Part shown: positions 31,383 to 40,891 of the stretch, in pieces
Numbering within the stretch: the stretch's first letter is position 1
Layout of the letters: each line of letters begins with the position of its first letter
NCBI GenBank assembly: GCA_018819405.1
Contig: JAHJQF010000001.1
Span: 753,469 to 817,468 of the forward strand
Length of the DNA: 64,000 nucleotides
Direction: 5' to 3'
Source of the DNA: Patescibacteria group bacterium
Lineage (GTDB): Bacteria; Patescibacteriota; Patescibacteriia; UBA1558; GWA2-36-10
Made by a program: the position numbers and the translations under genes
The notes under the pieces: generated by a model
The model's database searches: none
Told to the model about the DNA's origin: nothing
Seen by the model: only the letters and a program-made list of their open reading frames with translations

Positions 31383-31386
31383 AAAC

Positions 31387-31440
31387 TAAAAACCTCCCCT
31401 GTTAAGGGGAGGCGCCGAGCTTAGCTCGACGGAGGGGTTA
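31387..31440 (-). terminator. rpsI terminator (- strand), two hairpins
   Basis: On the minus strand, after the rpsI stop: CGAGC-taa-GCTCG, then CCTCCCC-ttaaca-GGGGAGG-ttttt. Confidence 0.65.
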
Positions 31441-31442
31441 AT

Positions 31443-31856
31443 TTAACGTTTTGACCATTGTGGAGCACGACGGGCTTTACGCAAGCCTGGTTTTTTTCTT
31501 TCTTTGATTCTGGAATCACGAGTCAAAAATCCTTCTTTTCGTAAACTGGTACGTAATTCTTCGTCAGTGGCTAAAAGTGCCTTGGCAATACCATGTCTAA
31601 TGGCGTCTACTTGCCCTCGCACTCCTCCACCATGGGTTTTGATTGAAATATTAATATTTTCACGTCCAGCTAGTTTTAGAGGTTTGAGAATCTCTTCTTG
31701 CCACTCAATATAATTTAGGTATTCTTTATAGTCTTTATCATTGATGGTAATTTTGATACCTTTTGAATTATCTTTCATAATCCTAACTCTGGCAATAGCG
31801 CTTTTTCTTTTACCAGTAGCTGGGGTGAAATCTTTATTTTCTTTCTTAACTGCCAT
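31443..31856 (-). CDS. rpsI: 30S ribosomal protein S9
   Basis: C-terminal ...RRAPQWSKR. 137 aa. Follows rplM. Confidence 0.9.
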   Translation of the reverse strand: MAVKKENKDFTPATGKRKSAIARVRIMKDNSKGIKITINDKDYKEYLNYIEWQEEILKPLKLAGRENINISIKTHGGGVRGQVDAIRHGIAKALLATDEELRTSLRKEGFLTRDSRIKERKKPGLRKARRAPQWSKR

Positions 31857-31858
31857 AG

Positions 31859-32206
31859 TTAGTTTATTTTTAATCTTTTAATCATATGTGGCCTGAGTTT
31901 GTTCTTTGGGAGCATATCATAAACCATGCTCTTTAAAACTGCGGCTGGTTCATTAGCCATCATGTCCTTGAGATTTTTGGTACGAATTCCTCCTGGATAT
32001 CCAGTGGTTCTATAATAAACTTTGGTTTCCAATTTTTTGCCAGAAAACTTCATATCTTTGACATTGTCAATTTCTACAATATCACCGCCATCAATATGTG
32101 GCTGATAAGAGGCTTTATTTTTACCTTGTAGCAAAACAGCAATCTGGCTGGCTAATCTACCGGCAATCTGGCCACTGGCATCAATTTTGTGTGTCATTCT
32201 TTCCAT
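31859..32206 (-). CDS. rplM: 50S ribosomal protein L13 (compact, 115 aa)
   Basis: GRLASQIAVLLQGKNKASYQPHIDGGD...KVYYRTTGYPGG. Shorter at both ends than the ~142-aa E. coli protein. Confidence 0.85.
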   Translation of the reverse strand: MERMTHKIDASGQIAGRLASQIAVLLQGKNKASYQPHIDGGDIVEIDNVKDMKFSGKKLETKVYYRTTGYPGGIRTKNLKDMMANEPAAVLKSMVYDMLPKNKLRPHMIKRLKIN

Positions 32207-32221
32207 ATTTTTACACTGAGT

Positions 32222-32572
32222 TTATACAAATTCAATTTGAGACATAGGAGCTCCGTCACCTTGGCGAGGTCCAATTTTTATTATTCTAGTATATCCGCCT
32301 TTTCTTTCTTTATATCTTGGTCCCAAGACATCCAAAATCTTTTGAGTAGCCTTGGTATCATGCAAAGTTTTGTTGATTTGTTGCTTATTGTGGACGGATT
32401 TTACTTTACCACGGGTAATAAGCTTTTCTACAATTGGTCTGATTTCTTTGGCCTTGGCGTCGGTAGTAACTACCTTTTCATAAAGAACCAAAGAAGTAGC
32501 CAAATTATCCAACATAGCTTTTCGTGGTGCTTTTTCTCTACCAAATTTTCTACCTACTTTATTATGTCTCAT
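32222..32572 (-). CDS. rplQ: 50S ribosomal protein L17
   Basis: MRHNKVGRKFGR...RGYTRIIKIGPRQGD. Confidence 0.9.
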   Translation of the reverse strand: MRHNKVGRKFGREKAPRKAMLDNLATSLVLYEKVVTTDAKAKEIRPIVEKLITRGKVKSVHNKQQINKTLHDTKATQKILDVLGPRYKERKGGYTRIIKIGPRQGDGAPMSQIEFV

Positions 32573-32595
32573 ATTATACTGAATTTAACAAACTA

Positions 32596-33369
32596 TTATT
32601 TTTCTTCTTCTTTATCTTCTTTAGCTTTAGCTGTTTTTTTGGCAGCTTTTTTTGGTTTTTCCTCTACCACTTCCACCTCTTCAGTTTGAACAAAAAAATT
32701 GAACTGTTCACGAAGTATATCAGCGGCTCTAGAGATTGCAGTAGCGGCATCAATGGTACCATCAGTCAGCATATCCAAAGTGACTTTTTCATAATTGGTC
32801 ATTTCTCCAACCCGAACGTGAGCCATCTCAAAACCAACGTTCAAAACTGGTGAAAAACTGGCATCAATAGCTATAGTACCAATTTCCAATTTCTCTTGCT
32901 CATCACGCTGCTCTACAGTGACATAGCCTCTACCTTGCTCTACAGTAATTTCCATTTCAAATTTGGCAGATTTTTCAGTAATAGTAGCAATGACCAAATC
33001 AGTATTTACAATCTCTACATCTGAATTCTTTTTTATGTCTTGGGCAGTGACTACTTTTTCTCCTTTGACATCAATAGATAATTTTATTGGTTCTTCAGAA
33101 AAACATTTTAGCCTAAGTTGCTTCAAATTTAGCATTATTTCGACCAGGTCTTCCTTGACGCCATCAACAGAATCAAATTCGTGCTGTGCGCCTTCAATCT
33201 TGAAGGCAGTGACAGCTGCACCTTCTAATGATGACAAAAGCACTCTACGAAGAGCGTTGCCTACAGTCACACCAAAGCCTGGAAAAAAAGGTTCAATCAC
33301 TACTTGGTAGCGATTATCTTTGAGGTCTTTGATATTGACTTCCTCTGGTAAACTAATTTGTTTGATCAT
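32596..33369 (-). CDS. rpoA: DNA-directed RNA polymerase subunit alpha, N-terminal domain only (no alpha-CTD)
   Basis: NTD motifs GFGVTVGNALRRVLLSSLEGAAVTAFKIEGAQHEF. The protein ends at 257 aa in a Lys/Glu-rich tail (EEKPKKAAKKTAKAKEDKEEEK) instead of the ~80-aa helix-hairpin-helix CTD. Confidence 0.85.
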   Translation of the reverse strand: MIKQISLPEEVNIKDLKDNRYQVVIEPFFPGFGVTVGNALRRVLLSSLEGAAVTAFKIEGAQHEFDSVDGVKEDLVEIMLNLKQLRLKCFSEEPIKLSIDVKGEKVVTAQDIKKNSDVEIVNTDLVIATITEKSAKFEMEITVEQGRGYVTVEQRDEQEKLEIGTIAIDASFSPVLNVGFEMAHVRVGEMTNYEKVTLDMLTDGTIDAATAISRAADILREQFNFFVQTEEVEVVEEKPKKAAKKTAKAKEDKEEEK

Positions 33370-33389
33370 AGCCCTATTTTTAGTTTTTA

Positions 33390-33998
33390 TTAACGTGAAT
33401 AAAAGTCTACTATTAATGGGGTATCAATATTTTGTGGCAAATCATCTTTGTTTGGCAAGCTATTTACAGTAATAGACACGGCTTTTCTGTCCAGTGCCAA
33501 CCAAGCAGCTGGCTCAACATTATCTATCTTTTCAGCCAATGTTTTCCAATACCCTTTATTTAATTTATTATCTTTTACTTTGATTACTTGACCAACTTTG
33601 ACACGAAATGACGGAATATCAGTCTTGTTGCCATCTACAGTAAAATGTCCATGATTGACAAGCTGTCTAGCCAATCTTCTGGTCTGAGCCAAACCAGCAC
33701 GGTATACTACGTTGTCCAAGCGACTTTCCAAAAGCACTAGAAAGTTTTGTCCCAAATCACCCGACATTTTATGAGCATCATCAAAAGTCAGTTTAAATTG
33801 TTTTTCCAAAATACCATAAATGGCTTTGGCTTTTTGCTTTTCAATTAATTGACGTCCATATTCAGAAGTCTTGGCAAAGGTCTTTTTTTGACCATGCATG
33901 CCTGACGGATAATTTTTCCTTGGATCTTTCAAAGTATCGGCTACGTTTTCGCCAAATCTTCTACTTGCTTTGTGTCGGGGTTTTAGATTTCTTGCCAT
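33390..33998 (-). CDS. rpsD: 30S ribosomal protein S4
   Basis: MARNLKPRHKASRRFG...LESRLDNVVYRAGLAQTRRLARQLVNHGHFTVDG. Confidence 0.9.
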   Translation of the reverse strand: MARNLKPRHKASRRFGENVADTLKDPRKNYPSGMHGQKKTFAKTSEYGRQLIEKQKAKAIYGILEKQFKLTFDDAHKMSGDLGQNFLVLLESRLDNVVYRAGLAQTRRLARQLVNHGHFTVDGNKTDIPSFRVKVGQVIKVKDNKLNKGYWKTLAEKIDNVEPAAWLALDRKAVSITVNSLPNKDDLPQNIDTPLIVDFYSR

Positions 33999-34082
33999 CT
34001 TAATTAATAGGTTAATAGCTTAATTGATTAATAGGATAATAGAGCAATTAATCAATTAGCCAATTATGCAATTATACAATTA

Positions 34083-34469
34083 TTAAACTCTTCTTGTTTT
34101 CTTAGGTCTGCAACCATTATGTGGAATAGGAGTGACGTCTTTGATTGAACCAATAGTCAAACCATTGGCATGCAAAGCACGAATAGCAGCCTCACGACCA
34201 GCACCTACACCTTTGACAAAAACATCTACTTCTTGAAGTCCAAAATCTTTGGTTTTTTCAATAGCGTTTTTGACAATAATACCAGCGGCATAAGGAGTAG
34301 CTTTTTTAGGACCCTTAAAACCGTTCATACCGGCAGATGACCAGGCCAAAGTATTGCCCTGAGCATCAGCTAAAGTAATAATAGTATTATTATAAGTAGC
34401 CTGGATATGAGCCTGGCCTTTCTTAACACTCTTTTTAACTTTTTTCTTGGATTTTACTTTTGTTACCAT
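34083..34469 (-). CDS. rpsK: 30S ribosomal protein S11
   Basis: ...[21 protein letters not shown]...[10 protein letters not shown]. Confidence 0.9.
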   Translation of the reverse strand: MVTKVKSKKKVKKSVKKGQAHIQATYNNTIITLADAQGNTLAWSSAGMNGFKGPKKATPYAAGIIVKNAIEKTKDFGLQEVDVFVKGVGAGREAAIRALHANGLTIGSIKDVTPIPHNGCRPKKTRRV

Positions 34470-34496
34470 ATTATAAAAATAATCTATAATCTAAAA

Positions 34497-34886
34497 TTAG
34501 GTCTTTTGAGCAGATGGCGCACGTCCACTACCCATGGTCAGACGTTTGTTGCCGCGTACTGTACGAGAATTAGTCTTGGTCCTCTGACCTTTGACTGGCA
34601 AACCTTTGGCGTGTCTGACGCCTCGATAAGCTTTTATTTCTTTTAATCTTTTTATATTTGCGGATTTTTCACGACGTAATTCACCTTCTACTCTCATAGA
34701 TTCAATAAGCTTACGAAGTTTGTTGACTTCTTCGTCTTTCAAATCTTTAACGCGGGAATTTTTGTCTATACCAGCTTGTCTGATAATTTTTTGAGAAGAA
34801 GTAAGACCAACACCATAAATATAGGTAAGGGCTATTTCTACTCTTTTATCATTTGGTATGTTTACACCTGAAATTCTTACTGCCAT
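34497..34886 (-). CDS. rpsM: 30S ribosomal protein S13
   Basis: MAVRISGVNIPNDKRVEIALTYIYGVG... Confidence 0.9.
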   Translation of the reverse strand: MAVRISGVNIPNDKRVEIALTYIYGVGLTSSQKIIRQAGIDKNSRVKDLKDEEVNKLRKLIESMRVEGELRREKSANIKRLKEIKAYRGVRHAKGLPVKGQRTKTNSRTVRGNKRLTMGSGRAPSAQKT

Positions 34887-34896
34887 AAAAATATAT

Positions 34897-35010
34897 TAAC
34901 CTTGTCTTTGTTTATGTTTAGGGTTCTTACAAATACAAACTACACGATTTTTCCTACGGGTAATCTTGCAGTCTTTACACATTTTTTTTACTGATGCTCT
35001 AACTTTCATA
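34897..35010 (-). CDS. rpmJ: 50S ribosomal protein L36
   Basis: A 37-aa ORF below the track's size cut-off: [37 protein letters not shown]. Has the C-x2-C...C-x-C zinc ribbon. Sits between infA and rpsM as in the standard operon. Confidence 0.8.
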
Positions 35011-35012
35011 TT

Positions 35013-35249
35013 TTATTTCCTATATGTTACTCTTCCCTTGGTCATATCATAAGGGCTCATCTCAATAGTTACTTTATCACCTGGCAAAATACGAATTTTG
35101 TACATCCGAAGCTTACCGGCTAGGTGAGCCAAAATCTCATGGCCATTATCTAAGACCACCTTGAAATTGGCATTGGGCAAAAGTTCAATAACCTCCCCAT
35201 CCATTTCTAGAAACCCTTTTTTGTTTACTTTTGGCTCTTGTTCTGCCAT
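35013..35249 (-). CDS. infA: translation initiation factor IF-1
   Basis: ...[43 protein letters not shown]. Confidence 0.9.
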   Translation of the reverse strand: MAEQEPKVNKKGFLEMDGEVIELLPNANFKVVLDNGHEILAHLAGKLRMYKIRILPGDKVTIEMSPYDMTKGRVTYRK

Positions 35250-35541
35250 TTATTTTATAAAAAAAGAAATTCATCTATGACTCTTAATAAGTCATTAGAA
35301 TTTTCTTTAAAATCAGCAAAAATGCTTATTTATTGATATATAATTAACGCCCCTATATTATACAGATTTTTTTCAAAAAGTCAATGATTTATAGGTCAAA
35401 ATCTATTTTTTGATATTTTTAGCTAATGTTAGCCTCTTTTAGAAATTTAATAACAACTAATCTAAACTAATATCTATAAACTGATGAACAACTATTTTGC
35501 TTCTAGATATAAAAAATTACTAAAATTAATTTCTAATAGGC

Positions 35542-36462
35542 TTAGATAATAAGTTGGACTTCTTCCATTAATTGAATGCCATACTTATCACGAACCTGTT
35601 GTTTGATAAAAGAAATAAGCATAATAACTTGCTCGGCTGTAGCTGAACCCAAATTAACAATATAATTACCGTGTATTTCTGAAATTTGAGCATCCCCTAT
35701 CTTGTGCCCTTTTAAACCAGCTCTTTCTATCATGTAAGCGGCTGGTATTTTTTTGTACTGGCTAAATTTTTCAATATCTATATTTCTAGCTTTCAAGGCT
35801 TCTAAGTCTACATCTTCAAAACGGATATTTTTAAAAATACAACCAGCTGATGGCAAATTTGGTTGGGTATCTTGTCTATATTTTAATCTCTCAGCTACTA
35901 GTGCCCGTGCGGCCGCCACATCACCTTTTTTAAGATTAAGCTCAGCTTCTACTATAATATAAGGATTTTCTTTAAAAATACTATGCCTATAGGAAAAATT
36001 GGCTTGGTCTTTTTCCATTTCTTTGAGTTCAAAGTTTTGGTCTATATATTGTATTTTATTGACCACACTGTCCATAGCCAGGCCATAAGTGCCAGCATTA
36101 CCACGGATTGCGCCGCCCACTGTGCCCGGTATACCGGCGGCAAACTCCAAACCTATCAAATTATTATCCAAGGCTTGATTGAGTAAATAGGCCAAGACTA
36201 CCCCAGAACCAACTATAATTTTTTCTCCATCAAACTCCAACTTGTCCAAAGTCAGCTTAAGCACCAGACCTTTTAAGCCTTGATCAGAAATCAACATATT
36301 ACTACCTCCACCCAAAACTTTGACCGGCTGATTATTTTCCTTTGCCCATTTGAGAGCTTCAGTCAAATCTTTTATAGTTTTTGCATTAACAAAAAATTCT
36401 GCCGGACCGCCAATTTTAAAAGTTGTATATTTTTTTAAGACTACGTTTTTTTCTAATTTCAT
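35542..36462 (-). CDS. murB: UDP-N-acetylenolpyruvoylglucosamine reductase
   Basis: FAD-binding LGGGSNMLISD and GAIRGNAGTYG. Lies in the cell-wall cluster. Confidence 0.85.
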   Translation of the reverse strand: MKLEKNVVLKKYTTFKIGGPAEFFVNAKTIKDLTEALKWAKENNQPVKVLGGGSNMLISDQGLKGLVLKLTLDKLEFDGEKIIVGSGVVLAYLLNQALDNNLIGLEFAAGIPGTVGGAIRGNAGTYGLAMDSVVNKIQYIDQNFELKEMEKDQANFSYRHSIFKENPYIIVEAELNLKKGDVAAARALVAERLKYRQDTQPNLPSAGCIFKNIRFEDVDLEALKARNIDIEKFSQYKKIPAAYMIERAGLKGHKIGDAQISEIHGNYIVNLGSATAEQVIMLISFIKQQVRDKYGIQLMEEVQLII

Positions 36463-36480
36463 AAAATAATATTTTTATAT

Positions 36481-36600
36481 TTGTCATTCTGAACTTGTTT
36501 CAGAATCTCTAATTTATTAGCCTTCATCATCTGGAGATGCCGAAGTACCCGCCTGCCATGAATACCGTCAGGCATGTCGGGCAGAAATTCGGCATGACAA
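36481..36600. repeat. hairpin repeat element copy 1 (TTGTCATTCTGAAcTTGtTTCAGAATC ... ATGACAA), 19 nt upstream of murB
   Basis: ~120-nt unit bounded by TTGTCAT / ATGACAA. Internal palindrome TTCTGAA-cttgt-TTCAGAA. Related copies at 41909 and 58844. Confidence 0.6.
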
Positions 36601-36614
36601 AAGCTTAATACTGA

Positions 36615-37211
36615 TTATTTTTCTATCACTATAAATTCTCCTTCTTGCAAAGCATGGATGGGTAAATTTTTGTCACCATAGCTCTCAAGCTCCTGATACG
36701 CCTTGTCCCAGTCCACAGGCCCGCGAGGGTCATCTATACCATAATCTGATTTATAATGCGGTATAAACCTAATTGGCAAAATCCCCAAACCGTCCATACA
36801 TTGTCGCCAATCGCAAGTCCAAAAATGTTTGACCAAGACATCAGCGCCAGCCGAAGAACCAGCTACTACTTTGCCGACAAATAAATTTTTTAGATCAAAC
36901 TTTGACAACCAATATTTGACCAAAGTATCATCACCTCCGTGTATGATAATTGCCTGATTATTTGCAACTTGTTTTTCAAACTGATCTGGGGTCGCCATTT
37001 CAAAAGTTGCTTTTATGCCTTTTGGCATAAGCTGAGCCAATGATTCTGATTTTTCAGCAAAAGAAATTTCCCAGTCTTCTCTTTTTTGCGCCCAAAAGCA
37101 TAATAAAATTTTTGGCTTGTTACCCAAATCTTTGACTATTTCTGCTAAATATTTTTTGTGCTTGTCCGGATTGTTTCTCAGGCCACCGGAATTGATAATA
37201 TATTTGGTCAT
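36615..37211 (-). CDS. peptidase S51 (PepE)-like / class I glutamine-amidotransferase-like protein
   Basis: IIIHGGDDTL...KVVAGSSAGADVL pattern resembles dipeptidase E. Weak. Confidence 0.4.
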   Translation of the reverse strand: MTKYIINSGGLRNNPDKHKKYLAEIVKDLGNKPKILLCFWAQKREDWEISFAEKSESLAQLMPKGIKATFEMATPDQFEKQVANNQAIIIHGGDDTLVKYWLSKFDLKNLFVGKVVAGSSAGADVLVKHFWTCDWRQCMDGLGILPIRFIPHYKSDYGIDDPRGPVDWDKAYQELESYGDKNLPIHALQEGEFIVIEK

Positions 37212-37996
37212 AATTTATTTTTTATCCACTTGTCAAAAATATGATAAATTTCTTCTAGATGCTTTGACTCTCTGAAAGTATGACTACTACCTTGGATAAT
37301 ATGCAATTCTTTGTCACTATTTATCTTATCATAGATAATTTTCTGATATTTGGGAATCATCAATGGATCTTCGCTGCCGACTATCATTAGTATTGGTATA
37401 GTCACTTTTGGTAATATTGGTAAAATGTCATATAAAACTATGTCATTTTTAAAATTATGCCAATTTAACTTCAAGCTGACTTCCGGCTGGTTGGGATCTT
37501 TAGAAATATAATTACCAATATGCCAACCTGTTTTTTCTACTTCGGCTACTTTGTCTGGCGGCAAAAATCTTTCCAAAACTTTTTGACCGTTGTAAGCTAC
37601 AGCTAAGGGCGCTATGGCTTTTACTTTTTTTGTATAATTATCAAGATAGATCATAACACTGGCCGCTCCTGCGCTATGTCCCACCAGGACAAAAGGCTCC
37701 TCGTACCACAATTGTTTACTAGTCCAGTTAACTACATCTTCCAAATCCTGATAATAAGAAGTCTGCGTCGCCGTAGAAAAATCACCTTCGCTCTCCCCAA
37801 TGCTGTCGGCGGCATCAAAGATAATAGTAGTATAATTATTTTCTATAAACGCTTTATTGATAATTTGGACATGAGATTGTTCTTTAAAACCTCCCAATCC
37901 ATGACAAATGAAAACTAAGCCTTTTTGATTTTTGGCTATCTCTACAATGACTGATAATTTTTCTCCTTGACGATTTTTGATAAATAATTTTTTCAT
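37208..37996 (-). CDS. alpha/beta-fold hydrolase
   Basis: Nucleophile elbow GHSAGA. About 260 aa. Confidence 0.6.
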   Translation of the reverse strand: MKKLFIKNRQGEKLSVIVEIAKNQKGLVFICHGLGGFKEQSHVQIINKAFIENNYTTIIFDAADSIGESEGDFSTATQTSYYQDLEDVVNWTSKQLWYEEPFVLVGHSAGAASVMIYLDNYTKKVKAIAPLAVAYNGQKVLERFLPPDKVAEVEKTGWHIGNYISKDPNQPEVSLKLNWHNFKNDIVLYDILPILPKVTIPILMIVGSEDPLMIPKYQKIIYDKINSDKELHIIQGSSHTFRESKHLEEIYHIFDKWIKNKL

Positions 37997-38598
37997 AAAC
38001 CAAGTTTTTCTTTTATAATCTCAAACATTAATTTATGTCCATCTGCGTTGGGATGTAATCCGTCGTGTAATAATTTTTTATAATCTTTTTGTTTTAAAAA
38101 TTCAGAATATATATCTATATAACTTAGATTATTTTGCTTACAAATATCTTTTATAATTTTATTATTATTCTCAATACGATTATTATTATAATTTCTATTA
38201 ATGTGCCACGGTATTGGATTTGTTTTTGTTTCATCAACAGGCGTACAACTTAAAAATATTATTTTATTAGTAAAATATTTAGCCTGGGAAATCAATTCTT
38301 TAATATTATTTTTAAAATCCAGATTAGATACTCTAACTTTCTTTTCTTTATTTAAATATTGACTATCATTTATACCAATAGCAAAAACTATAATATCTGG
38401 ATTCCTAACCTCTGCTTCTGCTTTAAATCTATCTAGGACTTCTCCTGATATGTCACCGGAAATACTCATATTATAAACACGATGATCTCTATCTTGTTTT
38501 CGCAAATATGTAGTCAATCTACTAACCCAGCCACCAAGTTCCATATCACCGGCTCCATAAGCTATACTATCTCCCCAGATGCAAATTTTTTTGCCCAT
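37993..38598 (-). CDS. SGNH/GDSL hydrolase
   Basis: N-terminal ICIWGDSIAYGAGD (GDS block I) and a C-terminal DGLHPN (DxxH) block. Confidence 0.7.
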   Translation of the reverse strand: MGKKICIWGDSIAYGAGDMELGGWVSRLTTYLRKQDRDHRVYNMSISGDISGEVLDRFKAEAEVRNPDIIVFAIGINDSQYLNKEKKVRVSNLDFKNNIKELISQAKYFTNKIIFLSCTPVDETKTNPIPWHINRNYNNNRIENNNKIIKDICKQNNLSYIDIYSEFLKQKDYKKLLHDGLHPNADGHKLMFEIIKEKLGL

Positions 38599-38603
38599 AA
38601 TAA

Positions 38604-39959
38604 TTAATCAATTATTTCTCTAGCTAGATTATCAATATCCCCTGCTCCAATAAACAAAATCACACTGTCAGTAGGATTGATGGTTTTCAAAATATTTTTT
38701 ATTTCTTTGAAATCACGGGCAAAATATTTTTTTGAGTTGAGCATTTTGTCAATTATATCCTGACCAGATACTTTATCTATTTTTTTATCCTCCCGGCCAG
38801 CCACATGATAGACCTCAGAAATTATCACCTGATCAGCTAGATAAAATGCCTTGGCAAACTGATCCAGAAGTGTCTTGGTTCGATTGTGATGATGAGGTTG
38901 AAAAACAGCAATTATTTTTTTGTCCGGATAAAAATCTTTGGCTCCGCGTAGCAAACCAACGATTGCATCAGGATGATGAGCATAATCTGATACCACAATA
39001 TTTGATTTTATATTTCCAATTATTTCAAAACGCCGCCAAGTACCTTTGAAATCACTCAAACAATTCCAAATCTGATGTTTGTTTACATTCAGATAATCAG
39101 CCACTGCTGTAGCTGACAGGGCGTTGTAGACGTTGTAGAGTCCTGGCACTGACAATTCTAATTTTTCTAACTTATTAGTATCAAATATTTGTTTGCCATC
39201 CTCTATCTCCAAATTTTTGAAAAAGTAATCAGCTTTTTCTGATTTACCATAGGTCAAAGTCTGACCGCTATATTTTATATTTTGACTATTTTTGTCATCA
39301 ATATTTTTGACTAGCAAGCCGTCAGGCGGCAACTTGGCCACAAATTTTTGAAAATGTTTTTTGATATCCGACAAATCTTTATAATAATCCAAATGATCTT
39401 CGGCAATATTGGTAATAACAATTATATTGGGATCAAGCTCTAGCATATGAGCTTGCCATTCGCAGGCTTCAACTACCAATATATCAGACTCTCCCAGCCT
39501 AAAATTACTACCCCACTGTGGCACTAAAGAGCCAACAATCACCGTTGGATCCAGACCGGCTTTTTCCAAACAAAGTCCCAACATAGCAGTAGTTGTGGTC
39601 TTTCCGTTGGTACCGGACACGGCAATAGTCTTATAATTTTTTGATAGCCAGCCCAAAAACTGAAAATAAGTCATAACAGGAATTTTGAGATTTTTAGCTT
39701 TGGCCAGTTCAGGATGATCGTCAGGCAAAGCTGAGGAATAGACAAATAAGTCAATGTCTTTTGGTACATTAATGGCCTTTTGCTTGAAAAAAATATTTAC
39801 TCCCGCATTTTCCAAACGTTTGGTCACTTCTGATTTGACCAAATCTGAACCAAGAACTTGTTTTTTTTGTCCCAAAAAATAATAAGCCACTGCAGACAAT
39901 CCAATGCCGCCAATGCCAGAAAGATATACCTTATTTATTTTTTGTAAATCTATGGTCAT
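38604..39959 (-). CDS. murC: UDP-N-acetylmuramate--L-alanine ligase
   Basis: GIGGIGLSAVA and AVSGTNGKTTTTAM Mur ligase motifs. Confidence 0.85.
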   Translation of the reverse strand: MTIDLQKINKVYLSGIGGIGLSAVAYYFLGQKKQVLGSDLVKSEVTKRLENAGVNIFFKQKAINVPKDIDLFVYSSALPDDHPELAKAKNLKIPVMTYFQFLGWLSKNYKTIAVSGTNGKTTTTAMLGLCLEKAGLDPTVIVGSLVPQWGSNFRLGESDILVVEACEWQAHMLELDPNIIVITNIAEDHLDYYKDLSDIKKHFQKFVAKLPPDGLLVKNIDDKNSQNIKYSGQTLTYGKSEKADYFFKNLEIEDGKQIFDTNKLEKLELSVPGLYNVYNALSATAVADYLNVNKHQIWNCLSDFKGTWRRFEIIGNIKSNIVVSDYAHHPDAIVGLLRGAKDFYPDKKIIAVFQPHHHNRTKTLLDQFAKAFYLADQVIISEVYHVAGREDKKIDKVSGQDIIDKMLNSKKYFARDFKEIKNILKTINPTDSVILFIGAGDIDNLAREIID

Positions 39960-39967
39960 TTTTTTAC

Positions 39968-40891
39968 TTAAGAATAAATTAAGTTTATTGGCTTATTATT
40001 CAAATATGCCTCAATATTATCAATCATGATTTTATTACCAAGCTTGTCAGTATAATCTGTATTATAGGCAATGTGGGGTGTAGCTAATATCTTTGGATGA
40101 TTTAATAATTTTTGATAATATTCATCATCAGTAGCTCCGGCTGGCATAGTGCCTTCGTCTATAGCCGCTCTATATATTTTTCCATTGTCTAAGGCTTTAA
40201 ACATTGACTTAGCATTATATACTGTATTATTACTTACAGATACAAAGAATATCCCTTTTTCCAAGGCATTAAAAAAATTTTCATCCAACAAATTGACAGA
40301 ACTATCATTAGCGCTCAAACAATTCACAATTATTTCTTGTCCCTTAACTTTATCTATCAAATTATCCCCTCTTTTGAAAAAACTTACTTTCATTTTTAAA
40401 GCTTCACATATCTCTCCCACTCTTGTGCCAATATTACCTTTCCCTAAAATTAATATCTTTCTGTCAACCAAACTGCGTGTTGCTTGTGGAGCCTTATCTT
40501 TTGGTAAACTATTATTATCTACAAAAAATAAAAGATCTCTTAATAAATTAATAACCATACCAACAATCCATTCAGCTACAGCATCTTTATTACACCCTGG
40601 ACTATTAGCAACTTTAATATTATTTTTTTCTAAAATTTCTTTATCCAAATAAGAATAGCCTACCATAGGAAGTGATATAAATACATTTTTTAAATCTTTA
40701 TAACCGTCTTTTAATCCTGATATGCCACTACAAATAATATTAGCTCCTTTAACCCTTTCTAACCACTCATCAACTGAACTTGGCCTACTGTCATAAACAA
40801 CGACATCGCCAAGAGATTTTAATCTTCCCATATCTTCAGAAGACAGACCTAAATCATGTGTAATAACTATTTTTTTCATATCATTTATCAA
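39968..40891 (-). CDS. D-isomer-specific 2-hydroxyacid dehydrogenase family protein
   Basis: Rossmann GKGNIGTRVG and the overall pattern of NAD-binding 2-hydroxyacid dehydrogenases. Confidence 0.6.
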   Translation of the reverse strand: MINDMKKIVITHDLGLSSEDMGRLKSLGDVVVYDSRPSSVDEWLERVKGANIICSGISGLKDGYKDLKNVFISLPMVGYSYLDKEILEKNNIKVANSPGCNKDAVAEWIVGMVINLLRDLLFFVDNNSLPKDKAPQATRSLVDRKILILGKGNIGTRVGEICEALKMKVSFFKRGDNLIDKVKGQEIIVNCLSANDSSVNLLDENFFNALEKGIFFVSVSNNTVYNAKSMFKALDNGKIYRAAIDEGTMPAGATDDEYYQKLLNHPKILATPHIAYNTDYTDKLGNKIMIDNIEAYLNNKPINLIYS

